A stretch of 64,000 nt of DNA from NCBI RefSeq assembly GCF_009914755.1, contig NC_060926.1, one strand, 5' to 3'. The stretch is from the human T2T-CHM13v2.0 reference genome, Homo sapiens. The notes beneath the pieces were generated by a model. That model ran no database searches and was not told the origin of the DNA. It worked only from the letters and a program-made list of their open reading frames with translations. Position numbers and translations under genes: made by a program. Of this stretch, positions 38,580-55,999 are shown piece after piece; within the stretch, counting starts at the first letter, position 1; each line of letters begins with the position of its first letter.

Positions 38580-41080
38580 AAAGAAAAGTCTTTTGCTCTT
38601 CAAAAGACACTGTTCAGAAAATGAAGACAAATCAGACTGGGAGAAAATATTGGCAAAACACATATCTGATAAAGCACTTGTATCCAAAATATATAAGCCA
38701 CCTAAATAAAACACCAGTTAACCAAGTAGGTAAAAGATCTCTACAAGGAGAACTACAAAACAATTCTGAAAGACATCAGAAATGACACAAACAGATGGAA
38801 ATACATCCCACACTCATGGATTAGAAGAATCAATATCATGAAAATGACCATATTGCCCAAAGCATTCTATAGATTCAATGCAAATTCTATCAAAATGCCA
38901 ACATCATTTTTCATAGACTTAGAAAGCAATCATAAAATTCATATGAAATAAAAAAAGAAGAGGTTGAATAGCCAAAGCAATCCTAAGCAAACAGAACAAA
39001 TCTGGAGGCATCACATTACCTGACTTCAAATTATGTTACAAGGCTATAGTAACCAAAACAATAGCATGGTAGTGGTATGAAAGTAGATACATAGACCATT
39101 GGAACAGAATAGAGAACCCAAAATAAAGCCAAATACTTACAACCAACCAATCTTTGACAAAATGTACAAAAACATAAACTGGGGAAAGGATACCCTATTC
39201 AATAAATGTGCTGGGAAAACAGGATAGTCACATGTAGAAGAATGAAACTGGATTTATCTCTCTCACCATATACAAAAATCAAGATGGATTAAAGACTTAA
39301 ATCTAAGACTTGAAACCATACAAATTCTAGAAGAAAATCTAGGAGAAACTCTTCTGGACATTGGCCTAGGCAAAGAATCTGTGACTAAGACCCCAAAAGC
39401 AAATGCAACAAAACCAAAAATAAATAAATGAGATCTAATTAAACTAAAATGCTTCTGCACAGCAAAAGAAATAATCTTCAGAGTAAACAGACAACCCACA
39501 GAATGAGAGAAAATATGTGCAAACTATGCATCTAACCAAGGACTAATATCCAGAATCTATAAGAAATTCAAACAAATCAGCAGGAAAAAACAAATAATCT
39601 CATCAAAAAGTGGGCAAATGACATGAATAGACACTTTTCAAAAGAAGATATACAAATGGCCAACAATATATGAAAAAATGCTCAGCATCACTAATCATGA
39701 GGGAAATGCAAATTAAAACCACAATGAGATACCACAGCCAAAATGGCCATTATTAGAAAGTCAAAAAACAATAGATGTTGGCATGGATGTGGTGAAAAGG
39801 GAAGGTTTATACACTGATGGAATGGAAATTAATACAACCTCTATGCAAAACAGTATGAAGATTTCTCAAATAACTAAAAGTAGATATATCATTCTATCCA
39901 ACAATCCCACCACGGGTCATCTACACAAAGGAAAATAAGTCATTATATCAAAAACACGTCTGCACTCCTATGTTTATCACAGCACAATTCACAATTGCAA
40001 AAATATGGAACCAACCTAAGTGCCCATCAATCAATGAGTGGATAAAGAAAACGTAGTTTATATATACCATGGAATACTACTTAGCCATAAAAAAGAATGA
40101 AATCATGTCTCTTGCAGCAACTTGGATGAAGCCGGAGGCCATTATTCTAAGTGAAGTAACTCGGGAATGGAAAGCCAAATATGGATGTTCTCACTTATAA
40201 GTGACAGCTAAGCTATGGGTACACAAAGGGAAAGAGAGTGGTATAATGGACTTTGAAGACTTAGGAGGAGAGAGGATGGGAAGGGGATAAGGGATTAAAA
40301 ACTACATATTGGGTACAGTGTATACTACTTAGGTGATGAGTGTGCTAAAATCTCAGACTTCACCACTACACAATTCATCCATGTAATAAAAAACCACTTA
40401 TATTCCAAAAGCTATTGAAATAAAAAAGATGTATTTAAAAATGTGAGCAAAAGATTTGAACAGACACTTCACATTAGAAGAGATATGGCTGGCAAATAAG
40501 GGCAGAAAAAGATGCTCAACATTGTTAGTAATTAGCAAATTGAAATCATAATGAGATATCATTACATACCTACTAAAGGACATAAAAAAATCTGATGATA
40601 TCAAGTGCTGACAGAATGCAGAAGTGCTGGAATTCTCATGCATTGCTTATGGGAATGCAAAATGGTATAGCCGCTTTGGAAAAGCAGTTTGGCAATTTCT
40701 TATAAAGTTAAAGATATTCTTTACACATAACCCAGTCTTAAATATTAAACCAAGAGAAATAAAAATATATTTTACTGTATGGGAATAGCAGCTTTACTCA
40801 TAATATCTCAGAACTGGAAACAAACCAATGTCCCTCAACTGGTGAATAAAGAAACCATGGTACATCCACAAGATGGAATCCTACTCAGTAATAAGAAGGA
40901 CTGAACTATTGATAAGTGGAACTACATGATCTCGAAAGCAATATGCTAAATGGAGGAAGCAGACATAACTGGCAGCATACTGCATGTCCCATTTATAAGA
41001 TTTTTTTTGAAAAAACGAAACTATAGGGGCATAGTTCAGGTTATTGGTTGCCAGGGGCTGGAAGAGGATAATTACCCTAA
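38580..41080 (+). mobile_element. Old L1M (MC/MD-like) host fragments at 38580-38695 and 40430-41080
   Basis: caaaagacactgttcagaaaatgaagacaa; gcaaaagatttgaacagacacttcac; gggaatgcaaaatggtatagccgctttggaaa. Confidence 0.7.
38700..40427 (+). mobile_element. L1PB (PB3/PB4-like) 3' ~1.7 kb
   Basis: Degenerate ORF2 end plus 3' UTR aaaactacatattgggtac...atctcagacttcaccactacacaattcatccatgt...gctattgaaataaaa. Confidence 0.9.
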
Positions 41081-41096
41081 TTAAGACAACATATGC

Positions 41097-41371
41097 AGCC
41101 GGGCGCGGTGGCTCACGCCTGTAATCCCAGCACTTTGGGAGGCTGAGGCGGGCGGATCACCTGAGGTCAAGAGTTCAAGACCAGCCTGGCCAACATGGAG
41201 AAACCCTGTCTCTACTGAAAATACAAAAATTAGCCGGGCGTGGTGGCACATGCCCGAGGCTAAGGCAGGAGAATCGCTTGAACCTGGGAGGCGGAGGTTG
41301 CGTGAGCCGAGATCATGCCATTGCACTCCAGCCTGGGCAACAAAAGCGAAACTCCGTCCAAAAAAAAAAAA
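41097..41371 (+). mobile_element. AluSp-like with internal deletion
   Basis: TSD aagacaac(a/t)tatgca. Confidence 0.92.
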
Positions 41372-41971
41372 AAGACAACTTATGCAAAAGTGTAAAATGC
41401 TACATGAGAAGATATTATAGTATTGTGAAACATCGACAAACCTTCCTCAGGAAGGCAATCCGTGGGAGAGAATGTCTTTTATCACCTTTCTTGAGGCAAT
41501 GGTGCCTGCTGTCTTACACTTTGGCATTTAAAAGGAGGCCCTTGAGAGATTTATTTGCAAGCTTTGCACCAAAGTGACTTGCTAGCAACTTACAAGGTAA
41601 CTTCTTTCACTAAGTTCTTTCTTTCCAGGCAGTTATCCTGTGGCAGTTGTCCACCATTTCTGCTCCTCTGAGGAGCAGAATTAGAACTGATTCTTATTTT
41701 ATTTTTTTATTTCTTTTTCTCCCTATACTTCAATGGATGCAAATCTTATTTTATTTTTTATATGGCTCTGCATTTAAAAAAACAAAAGCATAGAAATGCG
41801 TATAGTTGGGGAGAGTTTGGGAAACCTCAAGAAGTCAGGTGTGGCTAGAAGTTGGATATATGGGGAAGTGGCAGGAGATAGGGCAGGAGCTCCATGATGG
41901 CCGTAAAGGAGATTGTGTCTGTGGGGTCTTTTTGCAAAGGTCCTTACAGCCATTCTGCTCCGGGTTTAAAG

Positions 41972-42155
41972 CAGTGGATCTCAATGTGTTACACCCAGAC
42001 CAGCAGCATTGACCTTGCCTGAGAGCTTGTTAGAAATGCAAATTCTCAGGCCCCACCTCAAACATTTTGCATCAAAACTCGAATCAGGCTCAGCTCTGTG
42101 TTTTAATGAGCCTGCCAGGTGATTTTTTATCCATGTTGAAACCTGAAAACCATTG
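41972..42155 (+). mobile_element. MER5A
   Basis: cagtggatctcaatgtgt...gaccagcagcatt...cttgttagaaatgcaaattctcaggccccac. Confidence 0.85.
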
Positions 42156-42895
42156 GCTTAAAATATTTCCAATTTGAGATTGGAAATCTCCCAATTTGGC
42201 TAGCTCCCCAGTGAGCTAGCCAAAAAGCCAGCTGCCTTCCTGATCTCTTAGCCCATCCTCTTGTACAGGGTCCCCTGTCTTGGTTCTCTAAACCCCAGAG
42301 AAGCCCTCTTCTCTGAAATAATGGCAAGGAGGTAAGTACTTGCCTCTGAATGAATAGATGGGATTTTATTTACAGGCAAAGAAGCGTCTGGGAGGGCCGC
42401 ACTTCACAGTGCTTGCCCAAATCCATATACTTCTCTCTTTGGGTTAAAAAGACCTAGAAGTAACCCAGAAGAGGTGCTCAGGAGGCACTGGGTCATCTAG
42501 TGCTAGGATGTTACAATGTGTTCTCTGCTGTTTCTCTAGATTATGTGGCTCTTTTCTGTCTGTTCCCATTATCTAAGGACAGAGCATCCCACTCTGACCT
42601 CCCTGCAGAACAAGGAGGCCGTGGCTGTTTGAAATTGCCGTGAACCCTCAGGGGCAGCTCCAATGCCTTTGACTTTCAGACCCCTCACCTGGAAGCCATC
42701 TCTGCTTCACCAGAACTTACTTTACTCCCAATTTCTACCTGGGATTACTGCCTGTGTGTCTTGTTTTCCTTACAGTCTAAAGTGCTTAGCATATGGGAAA
42801 GAACCCAATAAATGATAATTACTATTTTTGGTGGGTTTTTTTTTTTTCATTAAACAGGGAGAAAAGAGGGAGGAAACCCTAAGGAGAGGGACAAT

Positions 42896-43218
42896 TAGAG
42901 CCAGCTACATAATTTGCGGGGCCCCGAGCAAAGTGAAAATGTGAAGCTTGGATGCTGGAAAAACTCTCTCCTTCCCATGGGCCCACTCTTCCAGGCCATG
43001 TCTGATAGGTAACCCCCAAGAGGTTGCAACCTCCTTGCAGGGACATGCTTCAAAACTGAGATGGTTGAGAGGACCCACTGAGTGACTTGCCAAACACATC
43101 ATCACCAGGGCACTTGCAACCGAGGGCACTTGCAATCCAGGGCAGGGATGGCTGTTACCTTGTCCTGCAAGGAGCATGCCCAACCCTGATCCTCCCCATT
43201 TATGCACCCAATCCCTGG
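42896..43218. mobile_element. MER45-family (MER45C-like) hAT-Tip100 relic
   Basis: Terminus agccagctacataatttgcggggccccgagcaaagtgaaaatg. Confidence 0.6.
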
Positions 43219-44124
43219 CTGAGGCTGGAGGGCAATGGAGGAATAACATTGTTGTCACTCCGGCAGAGGGTGGTGGCTGTCACAGAATGGGAAGGAAAAT
43301 ATTGGCCTCAGGTTCAAGGATCAGGTGGCTAATAACTCATCCCAGGGAGGTGTTGGGAGGTGACCACACATGAATCATCTGACCATATCACCTTGTCTCA
43401 TTAGTGACATCTATGGCTTACCAAATAGAGCCACCCTCATGGGCATATGCCCCGGGTAGTCACACAGGGCCATGCTCAGAAGGGCCCCATGCTTGATGTG
43501 ATACTCTGCTGTTGCCATCTTGAAATTCTAATGACTTTATCTTTGAACTTGTGTTTATTTAGTGAAGTCCAACAGGACAATGAAGCACACGTGTAAACAG
43601 AGGAGGAATGTGTGTCCGCCATTCCTTTCTGCCCCATTTGCCTGTAGTATTCACGAGACCCCATGAGCATAGAATCTAGTGGACTCATGGCATGTAGGAG
43701 TTTAATGAATACAAGGAAGTGCACATGAGTGCAAATTAAGTGTGGTATATCTATAACTGAGTAAGTAGGGGATATTACAGCCCTAGATGCCACACCTTCT
43801 GTTCCAACTAGAACTTGCTTCAAATACAGAGAGAAGGCATTTTAAGAAAAAAAGCAATCAAAGAACCTATCATTTTTTCTTACTGTACCAGTCAACCACT
43901 CATGCTGAATAAGATGACATAGAAGGAAAGGAAAAGATTGCACAACCCATAGTTTCTCTTCCCTTCAGTCCTTCTTTCCCCATCAGTAAGCCTAAGATAG
44001 TATTAGAATGTGCACGTATTGAGAAGTGGTACAAAAATAGTTGAGTTCGTTTTGCACAGCATTTCTACTGTCCTGGTAAGAATGAAATACACATGCACAT
44101 TTGAGCTTTGAAATACAAACTGTG

Positions 44125-44430
<306 letters not shown>

Positions 44431-44499
44431 ACAAACTGTGTAATTTTAATGATTTCGAATATGAGTTAAATGTGCTTCTTTGCATTTAAAACTGGCATT

Positions 44500-44849
<350 letters not shown>

Positions 44850-45423
44850 TTAAATTTTAAATTTTCTGTACTTAGAATGACACTAGTAGTAAATGAAAAA
44901 CACCACGACGAATCAACAGAGAGAAAGTGGAAGAAAAAAAAGCCTTATATTTTAGTATCTTTAATGGCCCTTACTCTTTGAACAAAGGGTCTACATTTTA
45001 ATTTTATACTGGGACCTACAAATTATGTAGCTGGCCCTGCCCCAATCATCCAGGACTTACCCTCATGTCCCACAGGCTTCCTTTCTACCCCAAGACCTGG
45101 CATCATGCTCTGCAATTTCGGCATTCATTTGACTGATCCATATTCCAGGTACATAATGCTTTGGAAAAGGGAATGTGTTATATTAAGACACAAAGTTGTA
45201 TATGCATGAAAAACTTATAAAAAATGATCTGATTTTAGACAAGGATATTTATCTCAACACTTTTTATAATAGCAAAAATTTGGAACAACATATCTGTTAC
45301 AATATGGGAGATCAATTTATTAAATGAATTTATGTCCATGCAGTGGAATATTTTGATCCTTTAAAACTGATGTCAGAGCTACATATTTATTGAATGGAAA
45401 AACATTCTTGCTATATTAATAAA

Positions 45424-45724
<301 letters not shown>

Positions 45725-45739
45725 TATTAATAAATTTTA

Positions 45740-46094
<355 letters not shown>

Positions 46095-46327
46095 GGAAAA
46101 CTGTAACCATACACTACATATGCATTTAAAGTATCTGAAAGGACAAATATAAAAATATTTACAGTAATTGTTCTAGATTATAAGGTTATAGCTTTTAAAA
46201 AATCTATGTCTTCTAGCTTTTTCTCAATGAACATGTATTACTTGCATAAATAAATAATATGTTTGGTTTTTGGTTTGAAGTCTCTGTTTCAGCTTCATTA
46301 GGCTAAAGATGTTTGGACAAACTATTC

Positions 46328-46623
<296 letters not shown>

Positions 46624-46643
46624 AGACAAACTATTCTTTTAAA

Positions 46644-46732
46644 TGTGATTATCACTTAAATCAGTAGACTTTGAGTAAAGCAGATTACCTTTCATTATGC
46701 AGTGGGCTTCATCCAATTAGATAAAGTCCTTA
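46644..46732. mobile_element. MLT2 LTR fragment
   Basis: ttaaatcagtagactttgagtaaagcagattacc...gggcttcatccaattag. Confidence 0.6.
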
Positions 46733-46748
46733 AAATTTAATAACATAA

Positions 46749-47046
46749 GGCCGGGCGCAGTGGCTCACGCCTGTAATCCCAGCACTTTGGGAGGCCGAGG
46801 TGGGTAGATCATGAGGTCGGGAGATCAAGACCATCCTGGCTAACACGGTGAAACCCTGTCTCTACTAAAAAAAATACAAAAAATTAGCCGGGCGTGGTGG
46901 AGGGCGCCTGTAGTCCCAGCTACTTGGGAGGCTGAAGCAGGAGAATGGCATGAACCTGGTGGGGGCGGAGTTTGCAGTGAGCCGAGATCACGCCACTGCA
47001 CTCCAGCCTGAGCGACAGAGCGAGATTCCGTCTCAAAAAAAAAAAA
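46749..47046 (+). mobile_element. AluY
   Basis: TSD ttaataacataa. Confidence 0.95.
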
Positions 47047-47765
47047 TTAATAACATAAAATTAACTATCCTAGTTGAGTAGCTGAAAAAATTCACATTTT
47101 TATTAAGAAGTATTTATTAAGCACATAGAATATGTGATGTGTTGAGAGCACAAAGTTGGATAAAACCTAGTCCTTTCCCCCAAGAAGCTCCTCATCTTTT
47201 AGAAGAAGGTGGTCAAAGAAGCAGACAATAATAATACAAGATGATAAGAGCAATGGTGGAAAGGCTCCTGGAGGTGAGTGGGGTGTTATCTTTTTTTTGG
47301 GGGGAGCTACAAAATTTGATATAAGTCTATGAAATGAACCATAAGATCAAGGAGCTTATGTCTGAATCCAGACGCAGAATGAACCAACCTCATGACTAAA
47401 GTTGTCTAGGATGACACAGAACTTGGTTTAGACAAAAAGGTGACACTGAACTGCATCTAAAGAATAAGTAGAAATGCTCATGAAGGGGGAAGAGGACAGT
47501 GCATTCCAGGTTGAGAATGGGACGATGGGGTAGCACACAGCATGAGTCGAATCAGAGATAGCATGGTGCATCAGGAATTTGTGTTACTCAAGTGGGAAAA
47601 GTGGGGAGAGCCACAGGAAAGATTCTTGAGATCCATGAAGCAACCTATATTTACTGGGAGTCTGCTATTGCCAGGTACTGAGCATGTGTGTGGGTGTTGG
47701 GGAGGGGGGATGGAGTATGAAGAAGAGTGTGGTGTTTCTGCCTTCAAGGAGTTAACAGATAGGCT

Positions 47766-47768
<3 letters not shown>

Positions 47769-47812
<44 letters not shown>
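47769..47812. repeat. (CA)22 microsatellite
   Basis: Pure CA run. Confidence 0.97.
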
Positions 47813-47815
<3 letters not shown>

Positions 47816-48944
47816 CATTCTGCATAGGCTGGAGTGATCCGAGATGGTTTTGTCCATTGTAGTTGTATATGTCTTGTGTCTGGGGTGGAAGATGGGAGTA
47901 GACCAGGGTGAAGGGGAGGGACAATAGAGAAAGGGTGCAGCCATATGTAAGCAAAGGTTCAAAGAAGGCTCAGAGGAGCCCAGTTTCCACTACCCTGGGA
48001 AGAAATCAAATTTGCTGGATAGAAGAGTTTGCATCAGGAAGGAGGCTAGGGCAGGGTGGAACTGGGAGAGTGATAAACACCAGCTGAAGTAACTTGGACT
48101 TCATCCCGTGGGCAGTAAGGCTTGATCAAAACAGGAGTGTGGCAAAATTTTAGGTGTGTAAGATGGTGATGTGGGTGTAGGAAGAGCAGCTGAAGTGTAG
48201 GGATTTTGAGGGAGGGAGCAAGATCAGGGATGGGGCAATATTATAAAGAGCTTTGAACAATAAGCTAAAGGCTTTGAAGTTTATCCTTCAGGTTACTAGT
48301 GTTTTTCCAAAAAGTTTTAAAGCAGTGGCACCTGCCCCCCTGTTTTTTTTTCAAAATAATCTTAGCAGAAGTTCAAAATATCAAACAGAAACCAGCAGCC
48401 ATCAAGTTTTCTTGGTTCAAAAACTGCTGAAAGCAATGGGGATTCAAGGAAGTTGTAAACTCTGATGGCAGTGTAGGATCTGATTGACAGGAGAGAAGCT
48501 GAAGGCTAGAGGCAGGTTAGAAAGAGATGATGAAGGTGTGGATGGTGGAGAAGAAGGGAGCGAGATGGATTTGAAGGGTTTAGGAGGGAGAAGCAACAGG
48601 GAGGAGAGGGGAAGAGCCCAATCCCAGCCAGGAAAGAGAAAGCAGAGCCCTTGATGGTGGTTGTGGGGTGAGGTTCTTGGCTGCCATCAGGGAGGAGAAC
48701 TTGAAAACATCTGGTCCAGTTGTGTGGCCTCTGCTACGGATGGACAGTACTGCCTGTCCCCTAAACTTTGTTCAGTGCTGAGACTTTTTGGAGGAACTTT
48801 TGGAAGAAGATTTGAATTTTGAGTCTTACAAAAAGTACAATACTGTGCATGTGTCCATGCAGTCTGAGAATCAGAAGTAAAACAACTCTTCTATCTGGGC
48901 TGTCAGAAAAGTTTTGTTTGAAAGTTCCAACACAGTGCCTTTTC

Positions 48945-49167
48945 TTTTTTAATTTTTATTTTAAGTTCAGGGGTACATGTGCAGGATGTGCAGGCTTTTT
49001 ACATAGGTAAATGTGTGTTAAGGGAGTTTGTTGTACAGATTATGTCATCGGCCAGGTATTGAGCCTAGTATCCATTAGCTATTTTTCCTGATCCTCTCCT
49101 TTCTCCCACCCTCTGCCCTCCAGTAGGCCCCAGTGTGCGTTGTTCCCCCCTGTGTGTCCATGTGTCT
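48945..49167 (-). mobile_element. L1PA (PA11-13-like) 3' tip
   Basis: ttttaagttcaggggtacatgtgcaggatgtgcagg...ttttcctgatcctctcc; TSD acacagt. Confidence 0.85.
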
Positions 49168-49244
49168 ATGTGACACAGTTCTTGGTATTGCTAACAAAAA
49201 TAAGCTTGAGTCCTGGGCTAAAATGACCTATACAGATCCCTGAC

Positions 49245-50047
<803 letters not shown>

Positions 50048-52043
50048 TGACAAGGCTCTGATAATGCTGAGCTGAAGAGAAGACACATTTCTTTCACTCC
50101 ATATCTTTTTCCTCCGTGGAACCCATCATACTAGATGACTTTTCCAGTTGACCTAAAAGGTCAAGTCTTCTCTCACACTGGAATTCTTTGAAGTGTCTCA
50201 GATATCTGACCACTAGGTATCTGAAGTTCTACCCTGAAGGGAAGTTCTACTTGTCTATGCATGGCTAGTTTAATGATTTTTCACTGACCATGCCTTTAAG
50301 TTACTTTGATTCTTCTTACCTCAAAGCTCTCAGCTTCTTTAGTAGCTTGAAATTTTGTAAAACTGAACCAATCCTATTTACTTGGACCAAATTGCTAAAC
50401 TCAAAATTAAGAGGTCTATGAGGAACGTTCAGAAACTCTCCTAAATAATTTTCTCAAGTTTGAAAGAAATAAAATGCATATAGAGCTTTGCAGAAAGCAG
50501 TTGTAAAATAGAGCAGCCAACACATCATGGTGAAAGATTTAATGAGGCAATTGAAGAAAGTACTTCCATATCTTGCGGGTTCTTCTAAGCTACCAGTCTT
50601 GTTACTTTATAATCTCACCACACTGAAGAGTCACACTCTGGAACCTACAGATATGATGAGTTTTGTCAAAACAGCTCTGCAGATGGGACGAGGAACTGTA
50701 GTTCCTTTGAGCCAGATCTCTAAAGGGGATCCCCTTACCCGCTTCTGAGTCTAGAGGTCTCCAGCAGAGGCTGCGTCTTATTGCAGTGGACCCGCCTTGT
50801 ATATCAAGTGAAACTAACTTTGCTTCTGCTGCAATAACTGATTGAACCAGGGATCATTACCCAAACCAAAGGCGACTGGGTATAGATTGGACATCATGGA
50901 GCTCAACCCATTGTGAGGTGGCTTGGAGAAAAATTTAGCTCTTAGTACAGGTGATCCACATCGGATGGGACAGAAAAACCCAACCAAATCTTCTCTATAA
51001 GGCATATAAATGTCAGATCCACAGAGGGATGTTGGCATACCCTTAGTAAACAAAGCTGTCGGTGGTTCAGTTCTCCTTGAGTCCTGGTTATCAAACCCAG
51101 CATACACTGGGACTCAAACAAACAGAAGAGTTGAGAAGAATAAACAGATCCCGCATGCTCTCACATTCCCTTGTATGCTCATCTCTATTTCCAAGCCATC
51201 CTTGAAATAGAAAAACATCATTATGTCCTAAAACAATTTAAGGACCTTTTAATCAACGTGTAAACAGACCTAGGATTAGAGTTAAAGAGGTGGAAAGTAA
51301 ATCCCACATGCAGAAGATCTGAGACCCTGGAGAAGAGGCACTGTGCTCTAGCCCAGCACTCTATAAGCATCAAGTTAGGCAGACATCTGCTGGTGAGGAG
51401 AGAAAGGTAGCTTCGCTGTCGGTACTGTCAAAGACAAAGGTGAAGACTTGCTCCCAGCTGCTGCAGGAAAACATTCTATAGTGTGGTCCACAATGTATGA
51501 GAGACTAAAAAAGTTCAAGCACATTAGGAATGAAAGCTTCTTTGTCCACACCCCTTCAGTAGAGGATCTCATCCTTTCCCATGCCTCTAAATGTAAGTGA
51601 ACCTGACAACTCCCAAATTTTACCTGCAGCCAGATTTCTGATATGAACAGAAACTCATGTAACTGTCCACTTGTGATCTCCGCTTGAGTTATCGCAGGCA
51701 TTTCAGTTTAGCATGTCTGAAATGGAACTCCAGATCTATCCATCAAATCCATTCTTCCCCATATTTCTGTCTCAATAAAGGGTACTTCTCACTTGCTTAA
51801 GTCAGGAACCTGGAGTCGCTCTTCATCCTTCATATCCAATCCACCAGCAAGTGCTGTCAGTTCTATCTCCAAAACATGTCTTGACTCCACCCGCTTTTCT
51901 CCCTCTCTACAGCCATCATCGTTTGCCAGACCACAATCATCTTTTGCCTGTTTGGCTCAGTGGCCTCCTAACTGGTTGACCAGTTCCCCTTCTGCTCTTT
52001 TCCAATCCATGTTCCAGACAACAGCCTGAGTGATTAAAATATC

Positions 52044-52354
52044 ACCCCTCTGTATTTGCAGATTCTGCATTCAGAAATTCAACCAACTGCGGATCAGAAA
52101 TATTTGAAAAAAATTAAAAATAACAATACAACAATAAAAATAATGCAAATTAAAAAACCAATACAGTACAACTGTTTGCATAGCATTTACATTGTATGAG
52201 GTATTAGGAGTAATCTAGGGATGATTTAAAGTATATGGGAGGATGTGTGTAGGTTATATGCCAAAACTATGCCATTTTATATCAGGAATTTGAGTATTTT
52301 GGTGTCCCTGGGGAGTTCTGGAAGCAATTCCTTGAAGATACCTAGGAATGCTGT
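52044..52354. mobile_element. MER2 (TcMar-Tigger)
   Basis: attcaaccaactgcggatcagaaatatttg...gtaatctagggatgatttaaagtatatgggaggatgtgtgtaggttatatgc. Confidence 0.88.
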
Positions 52355-52363
52355 ATATATACA

Positions 52364-52699
52364 CAGTCAACATGTCTCTTAACAATGAAAATATGTCCTG
52401 AGAAATGCGTCATTAGGTGATTTTGTCATTATGGGAACATCATTGAGTGTTCTTACACAAACCTAGATGGTAGAGCCTACTACACACCTAGGCTGTATGG
52501 TATAGCCTATTGCTCCTAGGCTACAAACCTGTACAGCATGGTACTCTATTGAGTACTGTAGGCAATTGGAGTACAATAGTATTTGTGTATCTAAACATAG
52601 ATAAGGTGCAGTAAAAATATGATATTATAATCTTATGAGACTGCTGTTGTATATGCGGTCTATTGTTGACTGAAATATCATTATGTGGCACATGACATG

Positions 52700-52700
<1 letters not shown>
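52364..52700. mobile_element. Tigger3a (MER7A)
   Basis: cctgagaaatgcgtcattaggtgattttgtc...acacaaacctagatggtagagcctactacacacctaggct. Confidence 0.88.

Positions 52701-52702
<2 letters not shown>

Positions 52703-52738
<36 letters not shown>
52703..52738. repeat. (AC)18 microsatellite
   Basis: Pure AC run. Confidence 0.97.
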
Positions 52739-52740
<2 letters not shown>

Positions 52741-54384
52741 AACCATGCCACTGACCTGCTTAGTACCCTTTAGAGGCTTCCCATTGAACTTGGAATAAAA
52801 ATCCCACCTTCCTCTCATAGCCTTTCAGATTCTCCCTGGGGCTGAGGTTCATCTCACGCCCCCTTCATCTATGCTGGCCCTGCTCTACTTCTCACAGAGG
52901 CATGTTCTTGCCAAGATATTTCCTGCTCCAGTGCCTGTGAGCATGTGGTTCCCTCTCCTGCAAGGCTTTCTGGCCCCCACTCTGCCTGGCACTGAGGCAT
53001 GTCATGCACATTGTATTTTCATGAGCAATGTCCCTTAGAGCTGTCCATCAAGGCAGCCCTCTTTCCTGACCACACAACCTAAAATCAGCTGCCAGCTTCT
53101 CACTCTCAGAGACCACATTTTTTTTCCCTCATAGCCTGTAACACAACTTGTAATACATATTTATTTGGGTATTTACTTTTTAAATCTCTCATGCCTCCTT
53201 AGACTGTAAGCTTCCTTCAGGTAAGGATCACACTTGACATGTTAACCACTGTATATCTATGGGCTTGATACAGTGCTTGGTGTAAATCGGTGTTCTGTAA
53301 ATTCTTGTGGAATGAATGAAGTAAGGAAAACCCACAGGGCAAGGGGAACAGGGTCTAACAGGGCTGGGTGAGAGTGAATTAAGCAAAAATATGACACCAA
53401 TACTGAGCAAACTCCAGGCTTGAGGGCATGGCATGCTGGTGCTTCTCTGAGAGTCCCATCTGCCCAGGCTCTTAGAACTGTGTGCTGATAGCTCTTTAAG
53501 TGAGGGTAAATATTAACACACCAGGATTACCCCAACTGTGAACTCAACCTATGTGGTCCGAGTTAAAGGCCTTATCTCTTGCTACAATCACCAGACACAA
53601 ATGAAGAGAGATCAGTATTCTATGCTTCTCTCCCTCCTCCCACACTTCCACTCCATATCCTGGTATTCTTTGCCCTTTCAAGCTTCTGTGCTCTGCCTTC
53701 ACTATTTATTTATTCTTTTGCTTCTCCTTTCTCCATGCCCAGGAGGCTGCCCTTTCTTTTTGGCTCCTGTATTCCAGAGGGATCTCAGGCATTCTAGCCC
53801 TTGACTTGGGTCACCACTGCTGAATCAACCGCCCCATTCTCATGTCTTTCCTTCGGGTCTTTCGGACAGTCTTGGCTAGAGAGCCCCAGCCACCTGCCTG
53901 GCCCTGCTGACCAGCACAGGCTCCCACCGATCAGTCTGTTATCTTTGCTCCCTGATCCTCACTCTCTGAGGCTGCACGTAGCTCTCTCTCTAGAGGGAGG
54001 GAGAGCCATTTCTCATGCTCCTGTGATTTAAAAAGGCAGGCATTACTTTATCACAAAGCGCCCAGAAAAACCATAGCCCAGAATAAAAACAGATCCCTTT
54101 CTCTGTGGTCTCTTTCTGCTTCCTTTTTAAACTTCTCTTTTTTTGGTTGTACATATAGTCAACAGAAATTAAAACCATCAGTCAGTGGATATCAAGTTAC
54201 TGTTGGAAAAACTACTGGTAGCATTATGTGTATATACTTTTATTCAAAATGTCATTACATGTTATCATGATGCACATACTATAAACTTCAATGGGTGTGA
54301 AAGGTAGACATGAAATGTTAAATTTCCCTTCTATGTCCACACCGCCCCACTTCCCCTTAGCAAGTTTCTTGCATAACATTCTGA

Positions 54385-54815
<431 letters not shown>

Positions 54816-55083
54816 TCAAAAAAGTGTTCTAAGTTTTTATAGCTACATAGTATTTCATTTTTTGGACAAATCATAATTTACATTAAGAAAATGGCATGAA
54901 ATTTCACACATATATTACAATATATTTATGAATAAATTCCTCAAAATCAAGGGGTATAAATACATTCATTTTTAATTTGATAGAGATTGTTGAATTGCCA
55001 TCTGGAGTAATTTATGACCATGCTTGTTCTATACATCTTTGTCAGTATAGTTTACAAAATTTTTCTATTTTGCTAATCTGTGA

Positions 55084-55422
<339 letters not shown>

Positions 55423-55463
55423 GCATTTTATTTGACCTCAAGCATATATTTGTATGTTTAGAG

Positions 55464-55999
<536 letters not shown>

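Larger units (their letters stand above)
51555..53320 (+). mobile_element. L2a fragments hosting MER2 and Tigger3a
   Basis: tgacaactcccaaatttta...aactgtccacttgtgatctcc; tagactgtaagcttc...ttgtggaatgaatgaa tail. Confidence 0.75.

Noticed and set aside
42325-42340. Consensus + strand donor GAG|gtaagt
   Set aside because: No convincing upstream acceptor or reading frame; isolated matches are expected by chance
50814-51107. 97-aa minus-strand ORF as a processed pseudogene
   Set aside because: No recognisable parent protein, poly-A tail or TSD, and the start codon is not ATG
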